Positions 39,460-51,999 of a DNA stretch of 64,000 nt are shown piece after piece. The position numbers and the translations under genes are program-made. Each line of letters opens with the position of its first letter. Within the stretch, counting starts at the first letter, position 1. Source of the DNA: Candidatus Thorarchaeota archaeon (GTDB lineage Archaea > Asgardarchaeota > Thorarchaeia > Thorarchaeales > Thorarchaeaceae); NCBI GenBank assembly GCA_016933575.1, contig JAFGAR010000151.1, forward strand, positions 1 through 64,000, written 5' to 3'. Below the pieces are notes generated by a model. The model ran no database searches and was not told the origin of the DNA. It worked only from the letters and a program-made list of their open reading frames with translations.

Positions 39460-39575
39460 GTGATATACTCAACCATTGTCCCTTATGTTTTCTTTCTAAT
39501 AGGTTCGGATTCAATGGTCTCTAATCTGACATCCACTCTATGGACAACAAAATTTGCAAAACATGAGCAGACCAC

Positions 39576-39821
39576 TCACATTTCCATATCTTCGACTTCT
39601 TCACCTGGTTCTGCTGCTTCAGCAGCATCACGAGCATAGCCAATCTTGATCAGACCAACAAGATAGCCTGCAATCCTGTTACGAATCTTTTTCGAATTGA
39701 CGTCAGTGAACTGTTCGACTAGACGCTTATTGGTCTCAAAATCATCTGTAAAAGTATCTGGATAGAGTGCTAGTAGGTTCCTAGCCGCATTCTTTATGTA
39801 TCCTGGTCGTATACTACCCAA
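39576..39821 (-). CDS. rps17e: 30S ribosomal protein S17e
   Basis: MGSIRPGYIK...FTDDFETNK...SKKIRNRIAGY. Confidence 0.95.
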   Translation of the reverse strand: MGSIRPGYIKNAARNLLALYPDTFTDDFETNKRLVEQFTDVNSKKIRNRIAGYLVGLIKIGYARDAAEAAEPGEEVEDMEM

Positions 39822-39917
39822 TTCTAGCTCACCAAGTTCAATCTATGGATGGAGCAGTGCTCTTGGCTGTGTTTATAAAGCATACTATTGGCCACTAATA
39901 TTGGGAGTTGCAAAACC

Positions 39918-41678
39918 ATGCATTATCAGCAACTAGCTCAAGCTTACGATGAAATCGAAAAGATTTCTGGGAATCTGGAGAAGATACGTATCTTTGCAGA
40001 TTTACTAAAAGAAGCAACTCCATCGGAAGTTGATTGTATCATTGCACTTACAATGGGAAAGCTTCATCCAGATTGGAAAGGTGAACCAGAGCTTGGTGTT
40101 GCTGAAAAGATGGCGATTCAAGTTGTTGCGGCAGCAGCATCAATCCCAGAGAGTTCCGTAACAGATACTCTTCGGAAAACAGGAGATATTGGGAGTACTG
40201 CTGAAGAGCTTCTTCAAGAGAGTGCGCAGGCTACATTATTCACTGAGGACCTGACAATCTCAATGGTCTACAATACCCTTGATAATGTTGCAAGAATAAG
40301 TGGCTCTGGAAGTAATAAGGAAAAGATTGCTAAACTCGTCAGCATACTCACGGATGCTCAGCCAATTGAGGCTCGTTATATTCTACGAACAGTAACCGGC
40401 TCCTTACGATTAGGACTTGGCGATATGAGTATAATCGATGCTCTCTCATTAGCCTATACTGGTGATCGAGAGGCACGTAGTGATATCGAGAATGCTTTCA
40501 ATGTCTGTAGTGATCTTCGAAAAGTTGCGCGTGTCCTTGCAGAGAACGGAATCAACAGTGTCAAGAAAATCCATACTGAAGTGGGTGTTCCCATAAGAAT
40601 GATGGCAGCAAAGAAACTCTCTGATGCAACTGAGATACTGGAAAAGGTTGGCAAGAGAGCTCTTGTGGAATACAAATATGATGGAGAACGAATTCAGGCA
40701 CATAAAAACGGCAATGATATCACTCTATACTCTCGTAGACAAGAAATCATCACAGACCAGTATCCTGATGTTGTTGAGCTCATGAAGAATCACATCAAGG
40801 CCAAATCATGTGTCCTCGAAGGGGAGTGCGTGGCTATAGATCCTGAAACTGGAAAGACACGTCCTTTTCAGGAACTCATGAGGCGTAGAAGAAAGACTGA
40901 CATCAAGAAAATGCAGGAAGAGGTCCCAATTGCTCTTTACATCTTTGACATTCTGTACCTGAATGGAAAAGACGTGACAGAATTACCGATGTTAGAACGC
41001 CGCAAATTAATGGAGGAAACAGTTGAAATCAATGATAGAGTCAATTTGACCACAGCTGAATTGACGGAAGATCCAGATCGTCTGTACGAGATCTTCAAAG
41101 ATGCAATTGGATCGGGTTATGAAGGAGTTATTGCAAAAGCTGTTCATAAGGATTCAAAATACCAAGCTGGTGCAAGAAGCTGGTTGTGGATCAAACTCAA
41201 AGCATCATATACAGAAGGTCTCGCTGACTCTGCAGATCTCGTCATAGTTGGAGCACTCTATGGTCGTGGTAAGAGGACAGGTCTCTATGGTGCTATACTT
41301 GCATCTGCTTATGATGATATGACTGATACATATCCAACAGTCTGTAAAATTGGCACTGGATTTACTGAAGACATGCTAGCTGAATTCAAGGAGCGCCTTG
41401 AGGAACACATAGTAGAGATCAAGAATCCTAAGGTAATATCTGATATTGAGGCAGATGTCTGGTTCGAACCTGTTGAGGTCATAGAGGTATTAGGTGATGA
41501 GATTACAGTAAGTCCCACTCATCCAGCAGGACGTAATCGTATGAAGGTTGAAGGTGGACTGGCAATTCGATTTCCCCGGTTTACCGGAAAATGGCGTGAC
41601 GATAAGAATCCCACTCAGGCAACAACTGTTGACGACCTTATAGAGGCATTTGAACGGCAACGAGGCATCAACCAATAG
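39918..41678 (+). CDS. lig: ATP-dependent DNA ligase
   Basis: EYKYDGER (adenylated Lys), LEGE, YIFDILY, EGVIAK, WIKLK, IRFPRF. Start at ATG 39918. Confidence 0.96.
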   Translation: MHYQQLAQAYDEIEKISGNLEKIRIFADLLKEATPSEVDCIIALTMGKLHPDWKGEPELGVAEKMAIQVVAAAASIPESSVTDTLRKTGDIGSTAEELLQESAQATLFTEDLTISMVYNTLDNVARISGSGSNKEKIAKLVSILTDAQPIEARYILRTVTGSLRLGLGDMSIIDALSLAYTGDREARSDIENAFNVCSDLRKVARVLAENGINSVKKIHTEVGVPIRMMAAKKLSDATEILEKVGKRALVEYKYDGERIQAHKNGNDITLYSRRQEIITDQYPDVVELMKNHIKAKSCVLEGECVAIDPETGKTRPFQELMRRRRKTDIKKMQEEVPIALYIFDILYLNGKDVTELPMLERRKLMEETVEINDRVNLTTAELTEDPDRLYEIFKDAIGSGYEGVIAKAVHKDSKYQAGARSWLWIKLKASYTEGLADSADLVIVGALYGRGKRTGLYGAILASAYDDMTDTYPTVCKIGTGFTEDMLAEFKERLEEHIVEIKNPKVISDIEADVWFEPVEVIEVLGDEITVSPTHPAGRNRMKVEGGLAIRFPRFTGKWRDDKNPTQATTVDDLIEAFERQRGINQ

Positions 41679-41746
41679 ATATTGAGCTTCCGACAGTTTT
41701 ACATGCAACTTTCGCGCTAGCTCCACTAGCATCTGGAGGTATTTCG

Positions 41747-42196
41747 TTGTACAGTCTACAAGTTAAAGATCAGAGGATGCATTTCAGTGCGTCACATTTC
41801 CTCCGTTTCTGCGGGGACTGTGAACACCTCCATGGACATAACTACACACTCGAGGTCTTCATCACCGGTCCACTCAATGAAGACGGAATGATCATGGACT
41901 TCAAAGAAGTCAAAGAAATGATTGTAAAGATATGCAAAACTCTCGACCATAAAGTGATGCTACCAGGACAATCAACATCCATCGATGTAAAATCTGAAGG
42001 CGGTTTTATTGAGGTGACTGCAGCAACAAAACGATACGTATTTCCAGAAGAGGACTGCATCGTTCTTCCAACGAAATCTACAACTGCAGAACTCCTTGCG
42101 AACTACATCCATGGTCATCTACAATTCCCCAGTGACTACAGAGTGAAAGTCTGCGTTAGTGAAAGTGCAGGCTCCACGGGGTGTTATGAAGACTAG
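41747..42196 (+). CDS. queD: 6-carboxytetrahydropterin/6-pyruvoyltetrahydropterin synthase
   Basis: FSASHFL, CEHLHGHNY, LDHK, TTAELLA, VSES. Confidence 0.85.
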   Translation: MYSLQVKDQRMHFSASHFLRFCGDCEHLHGHNYTLEVFITGPLNEDGMIMDFKEVKEMIVKICKTLDHKVMLPGQSTSIDVKSEGGFIEVTAATKRYVFPEEDCIVLPTKSTTAELLANYIHGHLQFPSDYRVKVCVSESAGSTGCYED

Positions 42197-43037
42197 CGAT
42201 ATCACAAAAACGGAGAATCCAGATTTGGTCATCGATACACAGAACGAGAAACCCAAGTATAGAATACAGCTGAATAAGGTTGGCGTTAAGAACCTCAAGA
42301 CCTTTGTAGTGACAGAACGAAGTGGAATACGACATCATATCGTCCCCAAAGTTGAGATTACTATTGATCTCCCCGCAGAGCTAAAGGGTGTGCATATGTC
42401 TCGGCTTGTCGAATCTATGACCGAAGAACTGAGTGACCAGTTTCGAGTTCATCCATCTATTGAAGAATTACAAATTAAGATACTAGAGGGGCTTGCAGAA
42501 AAGCATCCCTTTAGTCGTGGTGAAGTCAAGTTTGATTTTGAGTTCGGGTATACGACGCGAACTCCTGCATCCGATAAACGAACTTGGGAAGTCTGTGATG
42601 TAATCGCAATTACAAGGAAGGCAAATAACGGACCCTTTATTCATGAAGTTGAAGTTCAGGTCATCGGAAATACCGTCTGTCCTCATTGCATGGCAAATAA
42701 TGAGGGACTGACTCATATTCAGCGAGCCATCGGGAAATTGCGAGTTGTTGGTTCGACAGAATCCATACCGACCTATGGGTCCATGATTGAGGTCATTGAA
42801 AGTTCATTTTCAAGCAGGACATACTCCCTACTCAAACTTGAGGATGAGATTCTTGTAACCAAAGAGATGCATAAAAATCCTCTACTGGTTGAAGACGTAT
42901 GCCGGAATATTTTGCAGCATGCAAAAGACACCTTTTCAAATAGCGACCTCGAGATGTTTGCTGAAGCAAGATCGCTCGAAAGTATCCACAAACACGATGT
43001 CATTGCTCAAGGTCGAATTGTAACAAATGGTGATTAA
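42186..43037 (+). CDS. GTP cyclohydrolase of the FolE2/MptA (GCH IB/IV) family
   Basis: DTQ, KVGV, KGVHMSR, TVCPHC, HIQR, NPLLVED, ESIHKHD; overlaps the queD stop. Confidence 0.88.
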   Translation: MKTSDITKTENPDLVIDTQNEKPKYRIQLNKVGVKNLKTFVVTERSGIRHHIVPKVEITIDLPAELKGVHMSRLVESMTEELSDQFRVHPSIEELQIKILEGLAEKHPFSRGEVKFDFEFGYTTRTPASDKRTWEVCDVIAITRKANNGPFIHEVEVQVIGNTVCPHCMANNEGLTHIQRAIGKLRVVGSTESIPTYGSMIEVIESSFSSRTYSLLKLEDEILVTKEMHKNPLLVEDVCRNILQHAKDTFSNSDLEMFAEARSLESIHKHDVIAQGRIVTNGD

Positions 43038-43091
43038 CTTCAACCTCATAACATCAGAACTAACATTATATCCCGTTTTTCTATTGAATTT

Positions 43092-46000
43092 TTGCCTTCT
43101 GCGGAACTAAAGGAAGTTATGAGGATGAAGACGATGAAAACCAAACGTTTCAGAATGTTTGCTTTCATTCTGTTAATGTTAGGTATTCTATTGTATTCTC
43201 TAGAACCTCCTTGCAGTTATACCCCTACTGCATTAGTGACTCCTGATAGTGTACCTATTCTTGAAAATGTCTTAGAAGAATCTCGACCTACCATCCATGA
43301 TAGCATTGATTCTGTCTTTGGTCATTGGTCTCTATCAGATATCTCTATAGCGCCTCCTATCAGGGATATTCTTGAGCCTGCACTGGTCGAACAGAGTGGC
43401 TATTCATCAACAGGCAATGTATCCGCAAGAACTGATTCTTCTGTGAATACACAGGGAAGCTTGAGTATCGATACTGCTCATAATTGGGTAGCCAGTACTG
43501 CAGAGATTGATATCTGGAATCTTGAGAAGCTGTATGTTGTAAATGGCACTTTCGATGAAGGCTCTCTTGGATACACTGTCAGTCCAAATGGTACACTAGA
43601 ACATTATCCCCTTGGATGGTCTGCAGTCAGTACAAATTCCGATCCTGATCAGGTCCAACGTGTTTCCTACGAAGAAATCGGTGAACGATATATTACTATT
43701 CAAAACCAAGCTGAAGTCACAAACAATCCTCAGCATCAATATACCCACTATGCAGGCACTTCAGTACTATGGAATCAGACTTTTTACATTTCACCTTACA
43801 CTGATGAATTTCTTCTTAGTTTCAATTACTTATACCTCCAAGGACCACTCACTTCAATTTTCAGCGGCGATTTCTCATTGCAGGTCTTCATTGATGGAGA
43901 TTCTGTGTATAGTATCGACCTTCCAACTCTCAGTTCAAGGGGGACTTGGTACAGTACAGGACTTATTCCAATCAATAAGGCAATTCTATCAGACTCGACG
44001 ATGTTTATGATTGGTTTAGTGATAGATTCAACGTTCTTGGTTGATGTGATCTCGACTATGATTTGGATGGAACAGCAGATGGAATAATTAACACACAATA
44101 CATAACGGTCTATCTGGATGATGTTTCTTTAACAAGTGCAACACCCCCTGATTGTGATGCTGTGGATTTGAAATTCAGTATTGATGGTGTTATTGCACCA
44201 ATTCTTGGTAGTACAGGGAGTGGGACAGGACTTCTTCAAAACAGTAGCTATTGGACTTCTGATGTTCTTAATATCGCTATTCTTTCAAATACAAGCATCT
44301 CTCTTGATTACAATGTACAAATTCTCAATCATAGGTTCCTCAACTCAAGTTCGACCACTGACATCCTATCTGAAGGTGTTGCATACGCCGTAGATACTGA
44401 CTCAAGCGTAAACTTGGAGATATTCACGTACTTGGGGTTTCTCGGGGTGTATGACGATCTTACTCTGAAGATATCCCATCCAATAGATTGGCAGAATTTT
44501 ACCATCAGAGATCCATTCTTGACAAATGTCACAGCTTTATGTATTCTCCAGTTTGATACTATTGAGATTCCCTCAACTCTCCTTGATCGACTTGGTTGGT
44601 GGAAGATAACATGCCAGGCACCCAATTATGCTGCAAATGGAGTTATCCAAAAGTACAGTTCTGGAACTTCAAGTTGGATTGATGAAACTGTTTTTCACAG
44701 CAATGATATGGCTCGTACATCAGTTGAAATAGGTTTCAATGGAGAAGTTCCAGTCATCTCGAATCAAGTCAATTTCACATGGGCTTTACCTAACTGCACG
44801 ACATGGTATGAATCACTGAGTGCTAGTACTGGCACGGGGAGTGCTTTGAGTGAAGAAGTATCCTTTGGTCCGACAAATACAACTGCAGGACCTTGGGGTG
44901 TGATTTATCATTGGTCAAATGGGACTGAGATAGCATATAGTTGCATCACCTTTGACCTTTATCATCAGGCAGCTCTTGAGGTTGTCTTCTCGGAGAACTT
45001 GGAGACCGTTGTTGGACAGCCTGTTACAGTCGTTGTAAGATTCTACGATCTTGAGAATGGTCTATTATTGCTAAATGATGGCGCCTCAATTATTGGGACT
45101 TGGGCTGCTGGTACCATTGTCTTTGAGGCTAATATAGTCAAGAACTGGTGGGAGGCAGATTTTGATACTGCTCTCGTTGGTGCAGGTAGTTTTGAGGTCA
45201 TTCTAGAATCTGCTGCACCATACTTTGAAACAATCCCCCTTGTTGTTGTAATTAAATCCCAATTTCTGACTGCATTGGATGTGCCTCCTGGTCCATTAAC
45301 GCCACTTATCTATGGCCGGCTATATAGCTATAACTTTGTATACTCAATAACCTACAATAGTTCTGGTATTGATGATGCAATTGTTGAGATTACAGAGGAC
45401 GGTTCTGAGTGGGTATCTGTCACAAATACGGGAAATGGCCATTATAATCTCTCAATTATTCCTCTTGGTTTGAGAGATTATAGTATTAAAATCAAATTTT
45501 CAAAAGAAGGCCATGCTAACCAGTCTCATGTGTTATCCTTTCTAGTGAACAAAGTACCTATTGAGGTCGAGTCTCTTTCTAGTCTAAGTGGACTTGAGTA
45601 TCAACCACTCACCATTAATGTGAGGGTCGTTGAATTTGATACCAGAGCACCTGTTTCAGATGCCAATGTCACGTTAAATGTACTTCCCGAAGTGGGTCCT
45701 GTCTATGTTACTAAGGAAATGGTTGAGATAGGTCCTGGTGTATATAGTGCTAATATTACCATGCCCCAAGCCACATCAATGATATATAATCTTGTTATTC
45801 AGATTGAGAAAGCAAATTATGAACTTACGCAAGAATTTAGTAGTTCTCTTATCCCTGTAGCAGATGTCAATGCACAGGTACTGCTTGTCATTATGACCTA
45901 TACCTGGCAAATTGGGATTGGTGCTATCTTTCTAGTAACAGCGATAGTTGGTCAGAAGTTATATTCTCGAAAGAAACAACAGAAACATGCAACAGCCAGA

Positions 46001-46675
46001 GCAATCAAGACCCGATTTGATGATGCTCATAACCTCTTGGGTGTAATTATTCTTCACAAGCTCAGTGGAGTTCCAATCTATTCAAAGATATTGAAGGGTG
46101 GCCTTGAAGAAGGAATGCTGTCTGCTTTTATTACTGCAATCATGCACTTCAGGGAAGAGATAGATGCTGGTGGGAAAGAGACACAATATACAATCATACC
46201 AATTTCCGACATTATCAGAACAATCCATACTGAACATTTGATTTGCGCATTTATGACAATCACATCTGCTTCAAAAGAACAAGAAGCTAGGATGATGAGT
46301 TATACACGCGCAATTGGAATGACTCTTGATGATTCGTTGGCCGAACGTCCGACGAAGGTGGTCAATATACAGACAACTAAAACTCTTGAATGGATGTTTG
46401 ATGATTTTGTTGATGGTAATCTTCTCAGAGATTTCCAATTGGGCGAGAAGAAACTTCCTCGACAGTTCAAGAAGGTTAGAGATGTCATTGAAGTCATAGG
46501 TACAGATGGATCCTTCAAACTCATCTACGTTATCCGATCCATTATTGAAGAAGGAGTGTCCGAAGATGATATCTATCTTATGATAATGGAGCTAATAGAT
46601 CAGGAATATATTCTACCAATTTATTCGTATAGCGAAAATTTACTCTCCCCTTTCAACAAAATTGATACACATTAA
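43092..46675 (+). pseudogene. Giant receptor-like membrane protein 1 (ectodomain, TM, longin-like domain), frameshifted at about 44046
   Basis: ORFs 43092-44087 and 44063-46675 each align collinearly with the neighbouring paralog. Adding 1 nt at about 44046 gives VDxDLDYDLDGTADG, matching LDKRWDYDDNGIADG in the paralog. Confidence 0.75.
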
Positions 46676-46833
46676 TATCATATAGAGTACTCTATCTATT
46701 TCGAGTATTGCTTCAGGATGTATTATTTTCAAAATAACACAAATGTAATTAGAATATTATGCACCTGCTTATAGTGTTGCAGAAAACATTGATTTGGTGG
46801 AATATCAAAAACTAATGTGTTGGTGGTCGTTCA

Positions 46834-49800
46834 ATGATGAGGGTTACAATAAAACGAATCATTCAGACACTGACAATATTACTTATGCTACTCATAAGCA
46901 CTGCGTGGGTTCCAGAAATATTAAATCTGTCCATATCAAATAGTAGTTATCAGACCTCTGAATCCACTCTGCCTGAATCTCAGGCTATAATATCACCGGT
47001 TCAAGATACTCTTAATACTTCAAAAGGAAAGGTTTGCACCCTTGCCAATGATTATTCTTCACAAGGAGTTCTAGAACCAGTTGGAATAGAACAAATAGGT
47101 TATGTAGCCTCTGGAAATATCTCTGCTCGAACAGATAACCACCAGAACCTCGAATATGACCTCCCACTTGATGTTACGCATAATTGGACCGCAGACATAG
47201 CTGAAGTTTCTCTTTGGAACCTACAGAAGCTTTATGCAATCAATGGATCCTTCTCAGAAGGTTTTGCAGGAATCAATCTGAATCCAAATGGTTCAGTAGA
47301 GTACTATCCTTTAGGTTGGGATGCAAACAGCACCGATACGACACGTTATTCTGATGACTTACAGCTTGCTGTATACGATGACACTGGTAACCAGTTTATC
47401 ATGGTGGAGAACCAAGGTGGAAAAGTAGGTCAAAATGCTTATGGACATGATACAGGAATTAAAATCGTCTGGACTCAAGCTGTCGAAAACGCCCCTTACT
47501 CAGAAGATTTCCTTCTTAGCTTTGACTACTTCTATCTTAGAGGTCCCCTTGATAAGAATCCTAGTTACCCAATAGATGGAAACTGCAGCATCATAGTATC
47601 AGTGAATGGTAATCCCGTATGGAACATGAGTCTTCTTACTCTATCCCAAAGAGGAATTTGGACCGAGTCAGGTATCATCCCAATTACTATACCTGGAGCA
47701 CCATCCTCTTTTATTTTTGAGATCGGATTATTAGTTGATGAATACTTGGAACTCGATAAAAGATGGGACTATGATGATAATGGAATTGCTGATGGCATTG
47801 GAAATGCTGCATACATCACTCTTTATTTTGATGATGTTTCTTTTATAAAACAGACACCTCCAACAGCGGAGCAGGTAGACCTTGAATTCAATTCTGGACT
47901 TTTAGTATCTCCTCTTAGTGGTTCAATGGGTACATATTATACTTCTATCACCAATTCTACCTACTGGACCTCTTCATCAGTGGCTGTTTATTTAACTGCA
48001 AATACTAGCGTTTCATTTGAATATGAAACACGTCTTCTTGCACATAGATTTACCAATTCAAGCTGGAAAACTGATATTTCGAGTATTGGCGTAGCTTATG
48101 CAATAGATCATGGAACCAGCTCATTACTTACATTCTATACTTATGTTGGCTACCTAGGTAACTATGAAGAACCAGAGATGATAATTACATTCCCTATTGA
48201 CTGGGAGAACCTAACAGTATCGGATCCATTTCTCTCGGATCTTACTTCCACCTGCACGATTGATAGCGGCTATCTATTTGTTCCAACCTCAATCATCAAC
48301 CGTTTAGGGTGGTGGGAGGTTAAGCTAGAGTCACCAAACTACGCGAAGTCAATTAAGTAGCAGATCTTTGACGTTTCTTGGATAGATGAAGTACTATTTA
48401 GAATCACTAACACAACTCGCGCTGATATCACAATTGGAACTACTACGCAAGTTCTTGAGGCTCTTACCGATGTTAATATCACGTGGTACGAACCATCCAA
48501 TATTGTTTGGTTTACGGAGTTGATTAGTGGGGGAATCTTGGGGCAGATCTTTAGTAGTAACCGAACCTTTGTATCTGGTTCTTCACCTGCAGGATTATGG
48601 TGGATTGAAATCTCTTGGACAAATGGGACAGAAGTGGCTTATGATCGGGCTAGTTTCGAACTCCGCCACACTGCTGAATTGGTGGCAGATCCAGCTCTGA
48701 TTGAAACCGATATGGGCTTGACTGTCACGGGTGTGGTACGTTATACTGATGGCGATACAGGTACCAATTTACTCAATCCTAGTGCAATAATCACTGCAAA
48801 TTGGTCTGTATCGTCTGTGACTTTTGCACCTAACCCCATAAACAATTGGTGGGAGGGTTCATTTGATACGTCAATAGTTGGCGCTGGTGAATTTCTAGTT
48901 GTAGTTAGTGCCTCTCAAAGCTACTTCGACATTGCAACCTGTGAAATTATCATTCGTTCCACAAATGTAACTCGACTCAACTCCCCTAATGCACCATGGT
49001 CGTCGTCAACTTGGGGTTCAAATGTCCTTCTCACTTTCAACTATGAAGTCTATCACTATTCTACAAGTACTTGGGGACCAGTTGTAAATAATAGTGACGT
49101 TTCAGCCAATCTAAACTGGACTCAGGGATTATGGACAATTCATGAGGACTCTACACCCGGACTATACATTGCAACTCTTGATACTACAGCAAAGCCGGTC
49201 GGAACCTATCTTCTTGAGGTTAGCTTCAGCAAACCAAACCACGAACTAAAACAAATCTTACTTACGCTAATCGTATCACCCATTTCTAGCTCATTGATAG
49301 TCTTTGGTGATCCTTCAGCAAGAGTCGATATCGATGATGATTACTATCTAAAATTGGGTTATGAGGACTACACAGGAACTCCAATTGCATCAGCTTTAGT
49401 ATCTGTAGACAGCATTTCTCCACCAACAGGCCTTTCACATTCACCAATCACTCCGGTTTCTGGAGAATCTGGCAACTATTCTCTTACATTGACTCCATCA
49501 GTAGCTGGTGTTTTCACTATACGTTTCGTAGCAACAGAAGAGAACTCCGAACCTGGAACCACCGTTTTTGTACTTGTTGTCAATGATGTGGATACAAGTC
49601 TCGTTGTTGAAGGTGGCGACAGCTTCGAGATTGGATTGACAGATGTTCTCAACAAGACATTCACATACAAGACCTTCGATGATATTGGTATAGAGAATGC
49701 ATCAATTTCTATTGTCTATTCAGGAACGCCAGGAGCTTTATCGTGGAGTTGGGTTGAGAAGAGTCTTGGGAATTATTCAGTTGAAATCAGTTCTACTCTC

Positions 49801-51915
49801 TCTGGAACGTATGTTATAACAATTGCAGCATTCAAGCAGTATTATCAGAGTGCATCTGACTCGTTCTTTCTGGTCGTAAGCGATATTACAACTAATCTAG
49901 AAGTTCTAAATGGTACTGCTGGGATTATCAGCTATGGTTCGGACTTTAGAATGGTTATGTCTTACACTAATGGTACCGGTTATGGGTTGTCTAGTGCTAA
50001 TGTCACCATTGAGAGTGCTACACCTTCAACAGGATTGTCTTGGAGTACCACACAATCTGGCACGGCTGGTATCTACTCGATAATATTGACTCCCGAAATA
50101 TCCGACACATTTACAATACTCTTGAAGGCTTCCCTTCTAAATCATCAGACTCAATTTGTACTCTTTACTATCACAGCCACTGCAATTGCTACTAGCCTTA
50201 CTGTACTCAATGCTAGTACTACAATATCTTACGATCAGAACTTCACAGTTTATCTTCACTATCAGAGTGAAGATTTAGTTGGTCTTGAGGGAGCTACCCT
50301 TAGCATTCAGAATCCCCCATCAGAGGTGAATTATACGATTTTCGAGGATCTTACTGGTGGGTACTACCGTATAACACTGACACCTCAAGAGATTGGTACA
50401 TTCGACATCATATTTCGTGCTGAGCTTGTTGGATACCAGAGTGATACATCCGGATTTGTACTCGGAGCAGCTCGGATTCAAACAGAATTACGTTTGTTGA
50501 GTGGGTTGACATCTGACACAATCGGGTATTTAGAATCAAGTGAATTGACATTGATCTTTGAAAGAACAGATCTCAATCGAAACATCACTGGGGCTAACAT
50601 TACTGTTCAATTGAATCCAACAACCGGATTGAATTGGACCTTCAGTGAAGAATCAGGAATTTATCATATTACACTTACGCCAAATCATATCGGTCGATGG
50701 ATTCTAACTATAAGCGCTTCAAAGACAGGATATGCTGTTGGTTCTGCTCAGTTCATACTCGATGTGGAACCAATTCGTGTCCAAGCAGAACTTCTAACTC
50801 TTCCTGTTGCCACAGAGGGTGTTGAATTTACAATCGAGATTTCCCTGATTCAAGAAGGAACAACCAACCCAGTCACAGGAGCTCTAGTCCAATATCGGAT
50901 GACACCCGTTGGCGGTCTCGAGGGTGCCTATGAGGTAATGACTGAAACAGATCAACCTGGAGTCTATAGGGTTACGTACACATTTCCACTTTATGAGTCT
51001 ATAAGTGATTATCAATTAGAAATTCAGATATTCAAAGACAATTATGTATTGGTCGGAGATACATTCACCTCATTGTTCTCTAAATCCGAAGATGCAATTC
51101 TCCGTATTGTTCCCGTTGCAACAGGAGGAGTCATCCTTGCCGCACTCTTCATTGGTTCAGTAATCAGTTATCGTGTGTATGCCTCACGGAAGAAACGGAA
51201 GAATCTTGAGGCACTACAGGTGAAGAAGCGATTCGATGATGTTTCCAATATTCTGGGTATTATTGTCCTCCATAAGAAGAGCGGTTTGCCTGTCTATTCG
51301 AAGGTATTGCGTGGTGGCTTTGAAGAGGCAATGGTCTCTGCTTTCATCACTGCTATCACTCACTTCAGATCAGAATTCGGAATGGATGAGAAACAATGGG
51401 ACTTCAATGTCATTCCTATCTCTGACATCATAAGCGCGGTACCTACTAGAAACCTGATTGTTGCATTCATTACAGTAAGGTCTCCATCAAAATTCCAAGA
51501 GATAGGAATGGAAGCCTTTGCTAGGGCAGTAGGCGCAATGTTTGATGATATTTTGGTAGATGGGAGAGCTACCATTGTAGATGAAGAAAAGGTAAGAATA
51601 TTCGATAATTTGTTCAATGACCTTCTTGATGGTTTCTTAGTTGAGAAGTTCAGAACATCAAAAGACGCAGCATTTCCGAAGTCAATGAAATGCCTCGTAG
51701 AAACTGCAATACAACTTGAGAATGGTGAAGGCTTCAAGCTGGAGGACTTGGCTAAGGGCATGGCAACGTGCGGAATTGAGGAGTCATATGCCTATAAGTT
51801 GGTCATGGATGCAATTGAAGAAAAACTGATAGAAGCCACCACAGGAGATAAGCCTGAACCGATTGCACCAGCCTTTGTTGATAGAACACTTCCTGACGAT
51901 GGAAACTTGGGGTAG
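46834..51915 (+). pseudogene. Giant receptor-like membrane protein 2 (about 1693 codons) with in-frame TAG at 48358-48360
   Basis: The frame stays open for 53 codons from the TAG to the next ORF (48520). The bridge QIFDVSWIDEVLF matches QKYSSGTSSWIDETVF in paralog 1. A TM helix and RKKRK are followed by a longin-like domain. Confidence 0.75.
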
Positions 51916-51999
51916 ACGAAGAATAAAGCAAACTGAGTCAATTCTACATGATAGCTGCATTGATAACTGAAGATGGTATCATGACAAGCGGAGATTATT

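Noticed and set aside
48358-48360. Genome-wide TAG reassignment
   Set aside because: At least ten conserved genes in the window end correctly at TAG.
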